From positions 153,450,001-153,514,000 of the forward strand of contig OZ024743.1 in assembly GCA_964016885.1 (NCBI GenBank): 64,000 bases of DNA, written 5' to 3'. This DNA is from Eledone cirrhosa (lineage: Eukaryota). Numbering within the stretch: the first letter of the stretch is position 1; each line of letters starts with the position of its first letter. Under the pieces are notes generated by a model, which saw only the letters and a program-made list of their open reading frames with translations, was not told the origin of the DNA and ran no database searches. This document shows, piece by piece, positions 14,338-25,374 of this stretch. The position numbers and the translations under genes are program-made.

Positions 14338-15290
14338 AAAGACAAAACCATCCCATACACTATCCATTGGTTTATTTTATACCATTAAAGAGAATGCCAA
14401 AGGGGCACTAAGAATTGTTCTTTGTGCACCACGGAAAAATATAGAATTCTCCAAAATTTGAAAGCCACTTCCACTTGCCTTAACTCCAAGACTGAAATCT
14501 TCAGATGTTGTCCTCACCTGAAATCACACCTACTTTGTAACTGGATTGACATTCCCACGATGACTCAACCACCTTGAACTTCTTTACTCATTACGCCTTA
14601 CATCCACTACGATTGTTATTACTCTCTGAACTCACATACGTTACCCATATATTCTTTTACTCCCTCATCTCCTCTTATATTTATATTTTTTCCTATGTTA
14701 ATTATATTTCTGTTGACTTATATTCCCCCTTACTTTCTACCTTACCCTTTACATTACACACCCACCACCCCTTTTTATATATAAATATATATTTCTGTGT
14801 GTATTTATGTATGTGTATATGTATATGTATGTGTATGCATGTATATATATATTTATTGTTCTGGTATCTCAAATTAGTACAATCGAACCACAACTATTAT
14901 AAACACCTTGCATATTTCTATAGGTACCTAGTGCCTGTTGGAATATCCATACCCTTTTATGATTTTCTCCTTATGTAGAGAACACAACGCTGTATTGCGC
15001 TGCTAGTTTTAGTGGCATGATCAACACGTTTATAATAAAAAAGCTCTTACTTGTGGCCTGATTTTGCGTGTGTGTCATTTTAACGGCCTGACCGTTAGGC
15101 AGGAATCGAAATATTGACTTACTGTGAGATTAGCAACCTTATAGTATGGAAATAAGCTGTCTGAAGATCTAATTCTTTCCATTGGAAATTCTCTGGATTT
15201 CCAATCTTTGGATTGGTGAAACCGTCGGTAACAGCAAGAGAACAGGTGATTATTTAAATCGTTTTTTACTTTATTTAAAGAATTGTTTGA
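14338..15290 (+). mobile_element. Naiad-type Penelope-like element 3' end (GIY-YIG C-terminus, 3' UTR, pLTR with hammerhead)
   Basis: 14338-14550 translates to ..[41 protein letters not shown]. This fits the W..CxLCxxEK..LNxxxE..CxH C-terminus of Naiad GIY-YIG domains. A hammerhead lies downstream. Confidence 0.75.
15156..15235 (+). ncRNA. Type I hammerhead ribozyme
   Basis: Stem I GCTGT/ACAGC; core CTGAAGA (15161-67); long stem II with the hairpin ATTGGAAATTC/GGATTTCCAAT; GAAA (15218-21); stem III ACC-gtc-GGT; cleavage triplet GUA (after 15230). Confidence 0.85.
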
Positions 15291-15309
15291 TAATTGCTTG
15301 CTCCGCTCA

Positions 15310-15396
15310 TTTTTATATATATATATGTACTTATGTGAGTGTGTAAATTCTGTGCGTGTATATGTATGTTTATGTATATGTGTTTGTATATGTATC

Positions 15397-15479
<83 letters not shown>

Positions 15480-15532
15480 TTTTCTATATATATGTGGTGA
15501 TGCAACCTTATGTATGTGTGTGTATATGTATG

Positions 15533-15568
<36 letters not shown>

Positions 15569-16545
15569 TGTATATGTATGTGTATGTATGTGTATGTATG
15601 TGTATATATATATATATATATATATACAAAGATATTAAATATTTAATATCATTGAATATTTACTCCAGGAGTCTGTTGAGTGATCTAAATCAGTCTGTAT
15701 GTGGTTGAAAGTATTTTTTCTCATGTATATGTGTGTGTGAATGTATTTATACTTTTTGATATATGTATATACACCTACATTTGTGTATATGTACCTATAC
15801 CTGTGGTTGAGAGTATGTGCATGCATATGTGTGTGTATGCATGTGAGTATGTATATGTGTGTATGTCCATATATATATATATATATCTATATATATGTAT
15901 GTGTATGAATGTTTGTATGTATATACTTAACTGTGTATATGTTTGTACTGTATATATATGTGTGTGTATATTTCTCTGTATGTGTATGTGCTGTATATAT
16001 ATATGTATATATATATATATGTGTATATATATGTGTATATATGTATATATATGTGTATATATATATGTATATATATATAGTATACTAGGGAGAGGATCAG
16101 GGGTGTATAAACAATGTTATTATATATATATATATGTATTTGTGGAAGCATGTGTGTGTAAGTAAATATGCATATGTGCATGTGTATGTATGTGTGTATG
16201 TAGTTAGGTGTACGTATGTGTATTTTGTATATATGTATATATATATATATATGTGTGTATATAAGGTTGTGTGTAGGTATATGTGCGCGCGTATCTGTGT
16301 GTATATGTCTAATATGTCTATGTTTGCGTGGGTGTGTGTACACATATGGACATATGTGCGTATGAGTATGTATGTGTATGTGCGTGTATACATGTGTATG
16401 TGTATGTATGTGTGCGTATACATATATGTATATGTGTACACGTGTGTGTCTGCATGCGTGTGTATATGTGTGTGTGTCTATGTACACACACATATATAAA
16501 TATATATATATTGTGTGAGTATCTGTCAGTGGGGGTGTGTGTGTG
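15310..16545. repeat. Long degenerate (TA)/(TG) low-complexity tract
   Basis: Seen directly; source of the many spurious YI/CV ORFs. Confidence 0.95.
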
Positions 16546-16812
16546 TGATACCGAACCCAGCGTGTGAGATACCGAACCCAGCGGGGCTCCATTGAAGTGT
16601 GTCGGACGGAAAATGGCTGATGACCCGTGTAGCAGTAAATAGTGCCCAGAACTTGAGATGACGTAGAATAACAACAGCCAATGGCATGACAAGAGTGGAA
16701 GATGTTTTTGAAGGTGGTTTTTGACGATAACCCTCCAGTGAGAAAATTTGCTCTGAACGAACTACCCATGTCCGAAGGAACCTGCAGCCGTAGAATCAGC
16801 CAGGTCCATACA
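16546..16812 (+). mobile_element. Possible hAT (Charlie/Buster-like) transposase fragment
   Basis: Frame QEWKMFLKVVFDDNPPVRKFALNELPMSEGTCSRRIS resembles the xPLSxxTVxRRI motif of Buster/Charlie transposases. A duplicated GATACCGAACCCAGCG sits at the left end. Confidence 0.35.
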
Positions 16813-19309
16813 GTGATCATGACTCGAGCTACCTACCGGCGAAACAATTGTAACATGCAATAAACTGAGTCCAGATGCATCACTGATTTTTCGTTTTTTT
16901 ATACTATCCACACTCTGCTCTGTATGAATATTGAGTGCTAATTTTGGCATACCGGCTATGGAAGCATCATAGCTACCATTATACACACGTATATAATACG
17001 CTCCTCCACAAGTAGAGCGCTTACAACGATCAGCCATGGAAAAATTCAATTACTCTTCTTCCCTGAAAGACATACCGATCCCGTCTGACAACACGTACAT
17101 TGGCCTGCTGATATACCACCCCAACTCGTTCGTCAGACGCATGAGATGGCGCGCATTTCACCACGACAGGAGGACACAACAACATGCGCCCGACGCCCCT
17201 CAGGACCGCCTAAAGCGGATATTTAGATCGAGATGACACCCACCGCATAATGCACAGCTGGAGGAATTTGAAAACCGTATAATCAACATAGTTCGTAACA
17301 TCAAGTTCCATAGGAATAGTGCACGGCGAACCAAATACCTCAAGAGTCTCAGCTCCACTATCAAAACCATGGAAAAATGCCAGGATTTACTTGTGCCCTC
17401 GGACAAAACTGGTAATGTATACATGCTTGACCGTTTTACATACAACGACTGCCTCGGGAAAGAGATTAAGAAAAACTATAGGACCACAGAACAGACAATT
17501 TTAGATAATATTAGCGCCACGACAAAAATTATTTTGACGGGGCTAGGATTAGATGATAGGACCGATGTATATGTACCTAGAAAACCACGGATATTTATTA
17601 AGGACCATCAATTAGACTTTAAAACAAACTACCGGTTAGGTTAAATAGCACCCTCAGAATCTGACCTAGGCAGGACCAGCAAGAATATCATAGACAGTAT
17701 ACTACCGGTACTTAGAAACAAAACTAAGCTTAGCCTATGGACCTCCACTAAGGAGGTAATTGACTGGTTCTCGTTAGTAGGTGACAAGCAACAATTAAAT
17801 TTTATTCATTTAGACATAGATAACTATTCCGTGTCAGTATCTCCGATACTAGTCAATAAGGCCCTCATAAGTGCCATGACCAGATCTAGCCTCACTAGGG
17901 AGGAGACCAACCTCATAGTAGCAGCCAGAAATACGCTAATTAGATTCGAAGACAAGTTATGGGAGAGGAGGGACAGACCCGACAGTTTCGATATCACCAT
18001 GGGGTCGAGCGACTCGGCGCAGGTGACCGACCTTGTGGGGATATTTCGCATCCATAGGCTAACGGAGGAGATCCGAGGATCGGCGGTGGAATATACAGAG
18101 ACGTCGCACTTTTCACCTTCCGTTCCCTTAACCCCAGTCAGATGGAGCGTATGAGGAAGCGCATGTCGCATGTTTTTAAACAACACGGCTTATCCGTGAC
18201 AATAGATCCTAACACTAAGACAGTCAATTTCCTGGACGTTACCTTGGAAATGAATACGGGCATTCACCGACCGTACCATAAGCACAACGAGAACCTGCAA
18301 TATGTGAACAGGCAATCGAATCACCCTAAGTCAGCCATAGACGCCATAGTTAAAGGGGTATCCAAACGCGTATCCACACTGTCGGCAAACGCAGACGTGT
18401 TTAAACAGCACGCCGAATATTATAATGAGGCACTGCGCAGGGCCGGTTACACAGACACCATACTGTATACCCCGGACAGGGAAGAGCCAAGTGATGAGAC
18501 GTGCAGAAATGGCAATAGCGGGGGCGCCTCCATAGGTAGAAGAAATGATGCGGTAGCAGTCTCTAGGTACACAAAGAGCAACACAACTAACATTAATGAC
18601 ACAGGACCGACACCCTTAGGAGCCAGACCACCAAGTACGCGGAGACATGGGCCTGACACACACACTGCATGCTCCGTGGCAACTGGGACCAGGGACAGGA
18701 CATCGACACATACGGACGTGGCACCCGCCAGAGAGTACACCCAGCCTGATTGTAGTGGGACAGCACCGATAGCAGCATCACATAGACCTAAGGGGAATAT
18801 ATGTATAGCCGGCCACATAGAAAGACGTAACTCAATAACTGAAGGGTATAACCCCGATGCCCATAGCGGGCACATAGAGACATACAGCACAGGAGATGTA
18901 ATTGTGGTTGGGCAGAGCACAGGACGGACATCGGGTCCAGGACGCACCAACACAACGCCACGCACGCGAAGGAACAGATCTAAGGCCGTTACTTGGTTTA
19001 ATGCGCCTTAACGTGCCACGACTTTTTTCCGAGCGTTGGATGAGTGCTTTCCGCCGACGAACAAGTACCACACAATCTTCAAGCGCCACACGGTGAAGGT
19101 TTCCTTCTCCACAGCACCTAACATGGCCGATTACATGGCTAAAACTAATGCGGTGAAGATGGCGAGCATTGGTCGTCAACTGCGGCGACAGAATGACCGT
19201 CTATCGGAGCGCGGGTGATCATGTCTCGAGCTACCTGCCGGCGAAACAATTGTAACACGCAATAAACTGAGTCCAGATGCATCACTGATTTTTGTTTTTT
19301 TTATACTAT
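16813..19309 (+). mobile_element. Naiad-clade Penelope-like element bounded by direct pLTR repeats; ORF disrupted, GIY-YIG domain deleted
   Basis: N-terminal SLKDIP, RMRW and DKT motifs; RT motifs FIHLDI, MGSSDSAQ, GIYRDV (YRDD mutated), VNFLDVTL and SNHP; linker WFNAP..FPP..IFKRHTVKVSFS. Direct repeats of 95 bp at 16813-16907 and 19215-19309 contain AATAAA. Confidence 0.9.
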
Positions 19310-19567
19310 ATATATATATATATATTTTTTTTTTTTTATTTTGTGCATTTGCTTACCACGTGTGTTTGTTTATTTATTTATTTTTATTTTAGTTTATTCT
19401 TCTTTCGTATCGCTGTCAACTTGCTAATTTTTATATTATTTTTTTAGATTTTTACTTTATTTTTTACTGATTTATCTTGGCCAGTTGATGTAACTGCTTA
19501 TTTTAGTATATGCGCATGGTCGAGTGTGTATATGTCTGTTTATTTATCTTTACTTATTTCAATAATC

Positions 19568-19599
<32 letters not shown>

Positions 19600-19809
19600 G
19601 TATGTATGTGTGTGTGTATATATATGTGTGTGTGTTTGTGTGTTTATGTGTATGTGTATGTATGTTTATATATATACATATGTATATATGTGTGTGTGTG
19701 ATTATATACTTATATATTTATAATCCTTTTTTCTTCTTCCCTGAGCCTCACTTTCATATTCCTTATATTTTTGTTTTCAAATCCACATTCAATAAAAACA
19801 CCAGGATTT

Positions 19810-19869
19810 TTTCATTCTGACGACTGAAAGCAGATTTGTTTGCTTTCAAGAAACCACTGGTAAATGAAA
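19810..19869 (+). ncRNA. Type I hammerhead ribozyme
   Basis: Stem I TTTCATT/AATGAAA; core CTGACGA (19817-23); stem II TGAAAGCAGA/TTTGCTTTCA; GAAA; stem III ACCA-c-TGGT; cleavage triplet GUA (after 19862). Confidence 0.88.
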
Positions 19870-19923
19870 TAATTATCTTATGTTGTTTATTATATAAATA
19901 AAATATATATATATATATATTTG

Positions 19924-20607
19924 TTATAGCTCTGGTTCATCTGAATCATTGAGCACTTGCCGCACATCTCGGAGGTTGTTTTTCGTTATTTCGTGGGCCG
20001 AAATGCGAATCTCGATAATTTATGGTTGTATTATTCTCCAGACTCTAGCTATTGCCCAGTTAATTTTCTTGATTTTATAGTTGATTCTATTGACTGATGA
20101 ATAGCTTATGTTAATTTTAACACTTCTGTTGAGAACTCTATTCAATTTGTGATGTTTTTGCATTCTTGCAAAAATATACACAACTGAATTCATTCGCCTG
20201 ATATAGGGGTAGCCTCCCTTGCCGATCCCCACGTGGGGTCAGCAATAGTCAGTCCTTGTATTAACATTGAACTAAAACCTGTTGAGAAAGTGGCTTCCTT
20301 GTTCAATCATCTTACCAGAAGCCTGACATTATTTATGTAAGCGGACGGTACTTGATTTAGGAGCCGCATAAACCCATATACTGGATTTTACCACCCTTCC
20401 AGGGGTCCGGGTAAATTTTCAATACCCGAATTACTTGATCGTTTTTTTTTTGCTATGCGAATGATTGTTTAACCATCGTCTCAGTGTGTTTGGCCTTTAA
20501 CGTTTATTATAGCTCTGGTTCATCTGAATCATTGAGCACTTGCCGCACATCTCGGAGGTTGTTTTTCGTTATTTCGTGGGCCGAAATGCGAATCTCGATA
20601 ATTTATG
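19924..20607 (-). mobile_element. Non-autonomous PLE (Naiad)-derived element with identical 101-bp direct repeats
   Basis: 19924-20024 and 20507-20607 are identical. The internal minus-strand remnant KHHKLNRVLNRSVKINISYSSVN resembles the Naiad linker. Flanked by (TA)n on both sides. Confidence 0.65.
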
Positions 20608-20610
20608 TTT

Positions 20611-20674
<64 letters not shown>

Positions 20675-20772
20675 GTTATTCCGGGTTGAATCGAAGGTAA
20701 CCACAGTAAGTAAGGTACTCAATACATAGCAGAGTATAAAAGTTTTAACAGTTCATGTCCTGTAGAATCTCA

Positions 20773-20896
<124 letters not shown>

Positions 20897-20899
20897 CTT

Positions 20900-21920
20900 C
20901 ATTTTTGAATTTGGTTTGCAAGATGTCTTATCTGAAAACATGTGTTGAAACAGATATTGTTATACTTTGGGAGGATCATGCTGCCAATAAAAACACACGC
21001 ACCTGTTGGTTTTCAATTCAATTTATTGTAAATTTCCAGTTGGTTGGTTCAATAACCCGATGGTTGTTTATATATTGTCAAAGCTCTTTCGTCACACGTT
21101 CTCTGATCTCCTCAGTATCTTGGTTTTTATTTTGTGTCTCTGCTTTACTCTGTCCTACACTTTCTTGTTTTTATATATTGTGTGCTGTGTACTTAGTTTG
21201 CGCATGCGTTACAAACGTGTGTTTATTTACTTGTTACTAATTGGTTGTTTGTTCTAACTGAGTGTGTGTCTGATTTGTTTTGTTAGTTTGGTTTTTGTAT
21301 ATGTCTGCGTATCTCCATTTTGTCCTTAATTACTAGGTGTGATGTTGCCATTCCACTCAAGTTTTCTGTTTAATTTTGGTTCGAGTTCGATTATGTTTGT
21401 TGCTTCTGTTATTTGTCTGGGTATTGCATCATTTCTGTGAGTGGATATAACTTTCATCACTATGTTCTCTAATGTGCCCTATGTTCTATTTTGGCATGTT
21501 GGTGGAGTTCTGATGAGCTTTTCCCATCCTGGAATGCTCGGCAGTGTTCACTTATACTTTCTCCTATGCTACAGGCTATCTCACCTATGTAAGTTATGTT
21601 CTCATTCCTACACTGTCCCTCAGTACATTTTATGCTATATACTACGTTCCTAGTTTTGCAGTTAGTTTGCAGGCTTAGCTTCCTATCAGTGCAGAGGGTT
21701 CTTTGAAATGGGTATATTTTACTAATTACGGCTTTTATGGGAATACCTGGTCTTTCAATTATCTTAATATTTAATTTGAGCTTGTCTAGGACCTTTCTAA
21801 ATCTGTAAGCTAGTTCGCTACTAGGGGTTGTATTGATAAACATTACACTCTGGTATTTATTGCTATCATATCATGAGTTGATTTTATTTGCCTTATTCCT
21901 AATACTTTCTATTGTTTTTA
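20900..21920 (-). mobile_element. Neptune-like Penelope element 3' portion (GIY-YIG endonuclease and pLTR)
   Basis: ORF 21469-21843: MFINTTPSSEL..IIERPG..CKTRNVVYSIKC..TYIGE..SIGE..EH..LHQH. A minimal hammerhead relic lies at 21077-21119. Confidence 0.85.
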
Positions 21921-21997
21921 TTCGCAGCATGACTCTCCTGAATTATAACAATGTATATTTATATATATAAGTATATATTTATATATATATATATAAG

Positions 21998-24475
21998 TGA
22001 ACCTGCTGAAAGCAGCGGATGAAATCTGTGGCTGGAGCAGACCTATTGGCAGGAGGAGAGTAACTTGGTGGTGGAACAATAAGGTAGAAGAGACAATTAA
22101 GGCCAAAATGCAGGCTTGGAAAGTATGGCAGGATGGGGGAAGTAGAGAGCACTATCAAGTGGCCAGGAGAGAAGCTAGGAGACAAGTGTACCTTGCAAAA
22201 CGGGAAGCAGAGGAAAGAAAGTTCAAGCATGTGAGGACCAAAAACGCGAGGTGTTCAGGATTGCTAGACAATGTGTCAAGGAAAACCGTGATATTCTCGG
22301 AGAGAAGTGTGTCCGTAATGATAACGGTGTACTTGCCCTCACTGATGCTGATAAGAAGATAGCCTGAAAGTGTCACTACGAGAGACTATTAAATGAGGAG
22401 AATAAGTGGGAAAAAGATAGTCTGCCCCAAATCGATCCAATAGAAGGACCAGCAGTGCAAGTTAAAGGTAGTATAATAAGTAAGGCAATCAAAGATATGA
22501 AGGCAGGCAATGCAGCTGGGCCTTCGGAGATAGTTGCTGAGATGTTGGGACATACTATGGTCACCCGTATAGTTAACCAATTAATACAGAATGGGGTCAT
22601 ACCTAAAGACTGGTGTAGCAGCATCATCACTAACTGCTACAAGGGTAAAGGAGATGCTCTAGATAGAGGAAACTATAGAGGCATTAAGTTAGTTGACCAG
22701 GTCATGAAGGTCACAGAAAGAGTTATAGCGCAACTAATCAGAGAGCGAATTGATCTAGATGAAATGCAGTTTGTGTTTGTGTCAGGTAAAAGTACCACAG
22801 ACGCTCTTTTCCTTGTACGACAACTACAAGAGAAGTACCTAGCTAAAAGTAAACCCCTCTACTTAGCTTTTGTAGACCTGGAAAAAGCCTTTGACAGAGT
22901 CCCTCGCTCCATTATCTGGTAGACTCTTAGAAAACTAGGTGTAGATGAATGGCTTGTGAGAGCTATACAAGCTATGTATAATGAAACAGTCAGTAAGGTT
23001 AGAATTAACAATGAATATTGTGAAGAATTTAGTGTAAAAGTTGGTGTTCACCAAGACTCTGTCCTTAGCCCCCTCCTATTTATTATTGCCCTTCAGGCTA
23101 TAACAGAGGAGTTCAAGACCGGCTGCCCATGGGAACTCCTATACGCAGATGATCTAACGCTCATAACTGAATCAATGGCTGAACTAGAAAATAAATTCCA
23201 AACATGGAAGCATGGCCTAGAATCAAAAGGCCTTAAAGTTAACTTGTCTAAGACTAAAGTCCTATTTTGTAGAAAGGGAAATAAGGCACAGGTACTCCCA
23301 GGGAAATGGCCTTGCTCAGTGTGTAGAAAGGAGTAGGCAGAAATTAAATTTTATGTCCCAAATGCAAAGTATGGGTACATAAAAGATGTAGTGGGATCAC
23401 AGGTAAACTATCTAAGAACGTAGACTTCATATGTGGCCAATACTCAGGTGCAATAGGTAGCAAGTATCCACAGGATACTAGACCCTTCTATTGCCCAGAT
23501 GGTTCTATAGAAATAATAGACACTTTCCGTTACCTGGGTGACGAAATCAGCAGTGGTGGAGGGTGTTCTGAAAATACAGTAGCCAGAGTCAGAACGGGAT
23601 GGAAAAAGTTCAGAGAGCTTATACCGCTACTGGCCACAAAAGTTTTCTCTCTAAAAATGAAAAGCAGATTGTATGATGCTTGTATACGAACAGCAATGCT
23701 ACATGGCAGTGAGACCTGGGCATTACGTGCAGAGGACCTGCGTAGACTGGAAATCTCCGTTGGATGTGCAATAGTAATATACGTGAACGGCAAAGCATAA
23801 ATGAACTAAGTGAGAAATTAGGAATAACAGGGATCAGATGCTGTTTACTTGAGAGAAGACTACGTTGGTATGGCCACGTGATGCGCATGAAAGACGACAG
23901 CTGTATAAAAAAAGTGCAGGGCGATCAAAATTGATGGGAGTTACGGAGTAGGTAGACCCAGAAAAACCTGGGATGATCTGATAAATTCCGACCTTACACA
24001 CTTGCACCTCTCTAAGACAATGTCACTGGACCGAGATCTTTGGCGCTACGCAGTAATACAGAAAACCCGTCTTGCCTATGTACAAAGCGAAACCTACAGT
24101 CAGTAGGCACCTCTTAACCAAATATACACCCCAATCCACTATTCTACCGTATCCTCCCACTCCCACCAACGCCACCCTCTCTCTGTAAAGTTGGTACCAC
24201 AACATCCAGTCCAAATAAACGAGATAATGAGATCGTGTAGGTGTCACGAGAAAAAAACACACAGTCCACGCTGTAATGTGGCCGGGTAGGTAACACGGTA
24301 AAAATTTCCCAGTTCCACACTGTAAATGTGGTTGGTGTTAGGAAGGGCATCCAGCAATAGAAAACCTGCCAGATAGTCCTATATGAGCGAGATTCGGTCA
24401 CCCGACCAACCTTGCCTCAAGTGGGACAACTCCCGTCTAACGCATGCTAGCGTGGAAAATGGACGTTAAATGAAT

Positions 24476-24518
<43 letters not shown>
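21998..24518 (+). mobile_element. RTE LINE, 5'-truncated, RT region largely retained but disrupted
   Basis: WWWNNKV linker, YKGKGDALDRGNYRGIKL, FVDLEKAFDRVP, LLYADDL, Cys-rich insert and HGSETW. Ends in GGACGTTAAA..(GAT)n. Confidence 0.95.
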
Positions 24519-24519
<1 letters not shown>

Positions 24520-24536
24520 ATATATATATATATATA

Positions 24537-24970
24537 TGGAAGCCGTGGAGTGGGGAGACCCAGGAAGACCTGGGATGAGGTGATAAGAGCTGACCTTACT
24601 CAATTGCACCTCTCAAAGGCGATAACACAGGACTGTGACCTCTGCCGTCAATCAGTAATACAGAAGGCCCGACTTCCCACGGGTACAAGCCAAATCTGAA
24701 GCATATAGACAATATGCCCCCACCCCCTTACACTGCAAAGTGTTCGTGGAAGTGCTGCACAAAAAACACCCAGCCAGCCCACACTGTAAAGTGGTCGTGT
24801 AGGCTGCACGGAAAAATAGCACCAAGCACTCGCTGTAAATGAGGTTGGTGTTAGGAAGGGCATCTAGCTGGAGCAATCAAGCCAGAAACAGTTCCCGTAT
24901 GAGCAAGACAAGGTCAGCCGAGCGGGCCCTGCCCACAACAGGACAACCCGTCTAAACCATGCTAGCGTAT
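24537..24970 (+). mobile_element. RTE LINE 3' fragment between (TA)n runs
   Basis: GVGRPRKTWDEVIRADL, and a 3' UTR colinear with the reverse complement of 6060-6480. Confidence 0.88.
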
Positions 24971-25064
24971 ATATTAATAATTTATATACATGTTTCTAAC
25001 CCTCTTCCCTCCTACCTTACCAGTCCGTCCATTCCAGTTTGTTCCGTTGCTATCATTGTTTCTT

Positions 25065-25330
25065 TCTGTGTTAGAAAAAATCCCTGCCCTGATAGAAACT
25101 GCATAATCTGTACAATAAGCCCACAGATAAAGGGTGAAACTAGAAATGCAATTTATAGGATAAGATGTATGGAGGGATGATGCAGGAACAAGACAACGGC
25201 ATACATAGGACATTAGTATAGGTGAGAGATTAAAGAAACACTGGTGAGAATTTATGGAGGAGTAAAGCTCATCAGTGCTACACCAAAATCTGCTCCGAGA
25301 TAGAGCATCATTCCACATATTACAATAAAG
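25065..25330 (+). mobile_element. Neptune-like PLE GIY-YIG fragment
   Basis: CPDRNCIIC..ETRNAIYRIRCMEG*CRNKTTAYIG..IGERLKKH, homologous to 21469-21843. Confidence 0.75.
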
Positions 25331-25374
25331 CTCTACCTCAGAGTGGATTTCTAGTTGTGGTAGAATACATGAAG

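Noticed and set aside
13643-16820. Many ORFs rich in YI/CV/HT repeats (also at 19.5, 20.7, 29.2 and 38.1 kb)
   Set aside because: They are translations of stop-poor (TA)n/(TG)n microsatellites.
20094-20100. CTGATGA hammerhead-like core on the plus strand (also at 16617)
   Set aside because: No suitably placed GAAA with matching stems I and III.
25178-25180. In-frame TGA next to Cys in a PLE GIY-YIG (possible selenocysteine, as reported for some Naiads)
   Set aside because: The homologous position in the 21469-21843 copy is Gln, not Cys, and the fragment has other lesions, so this is ordinary decay.
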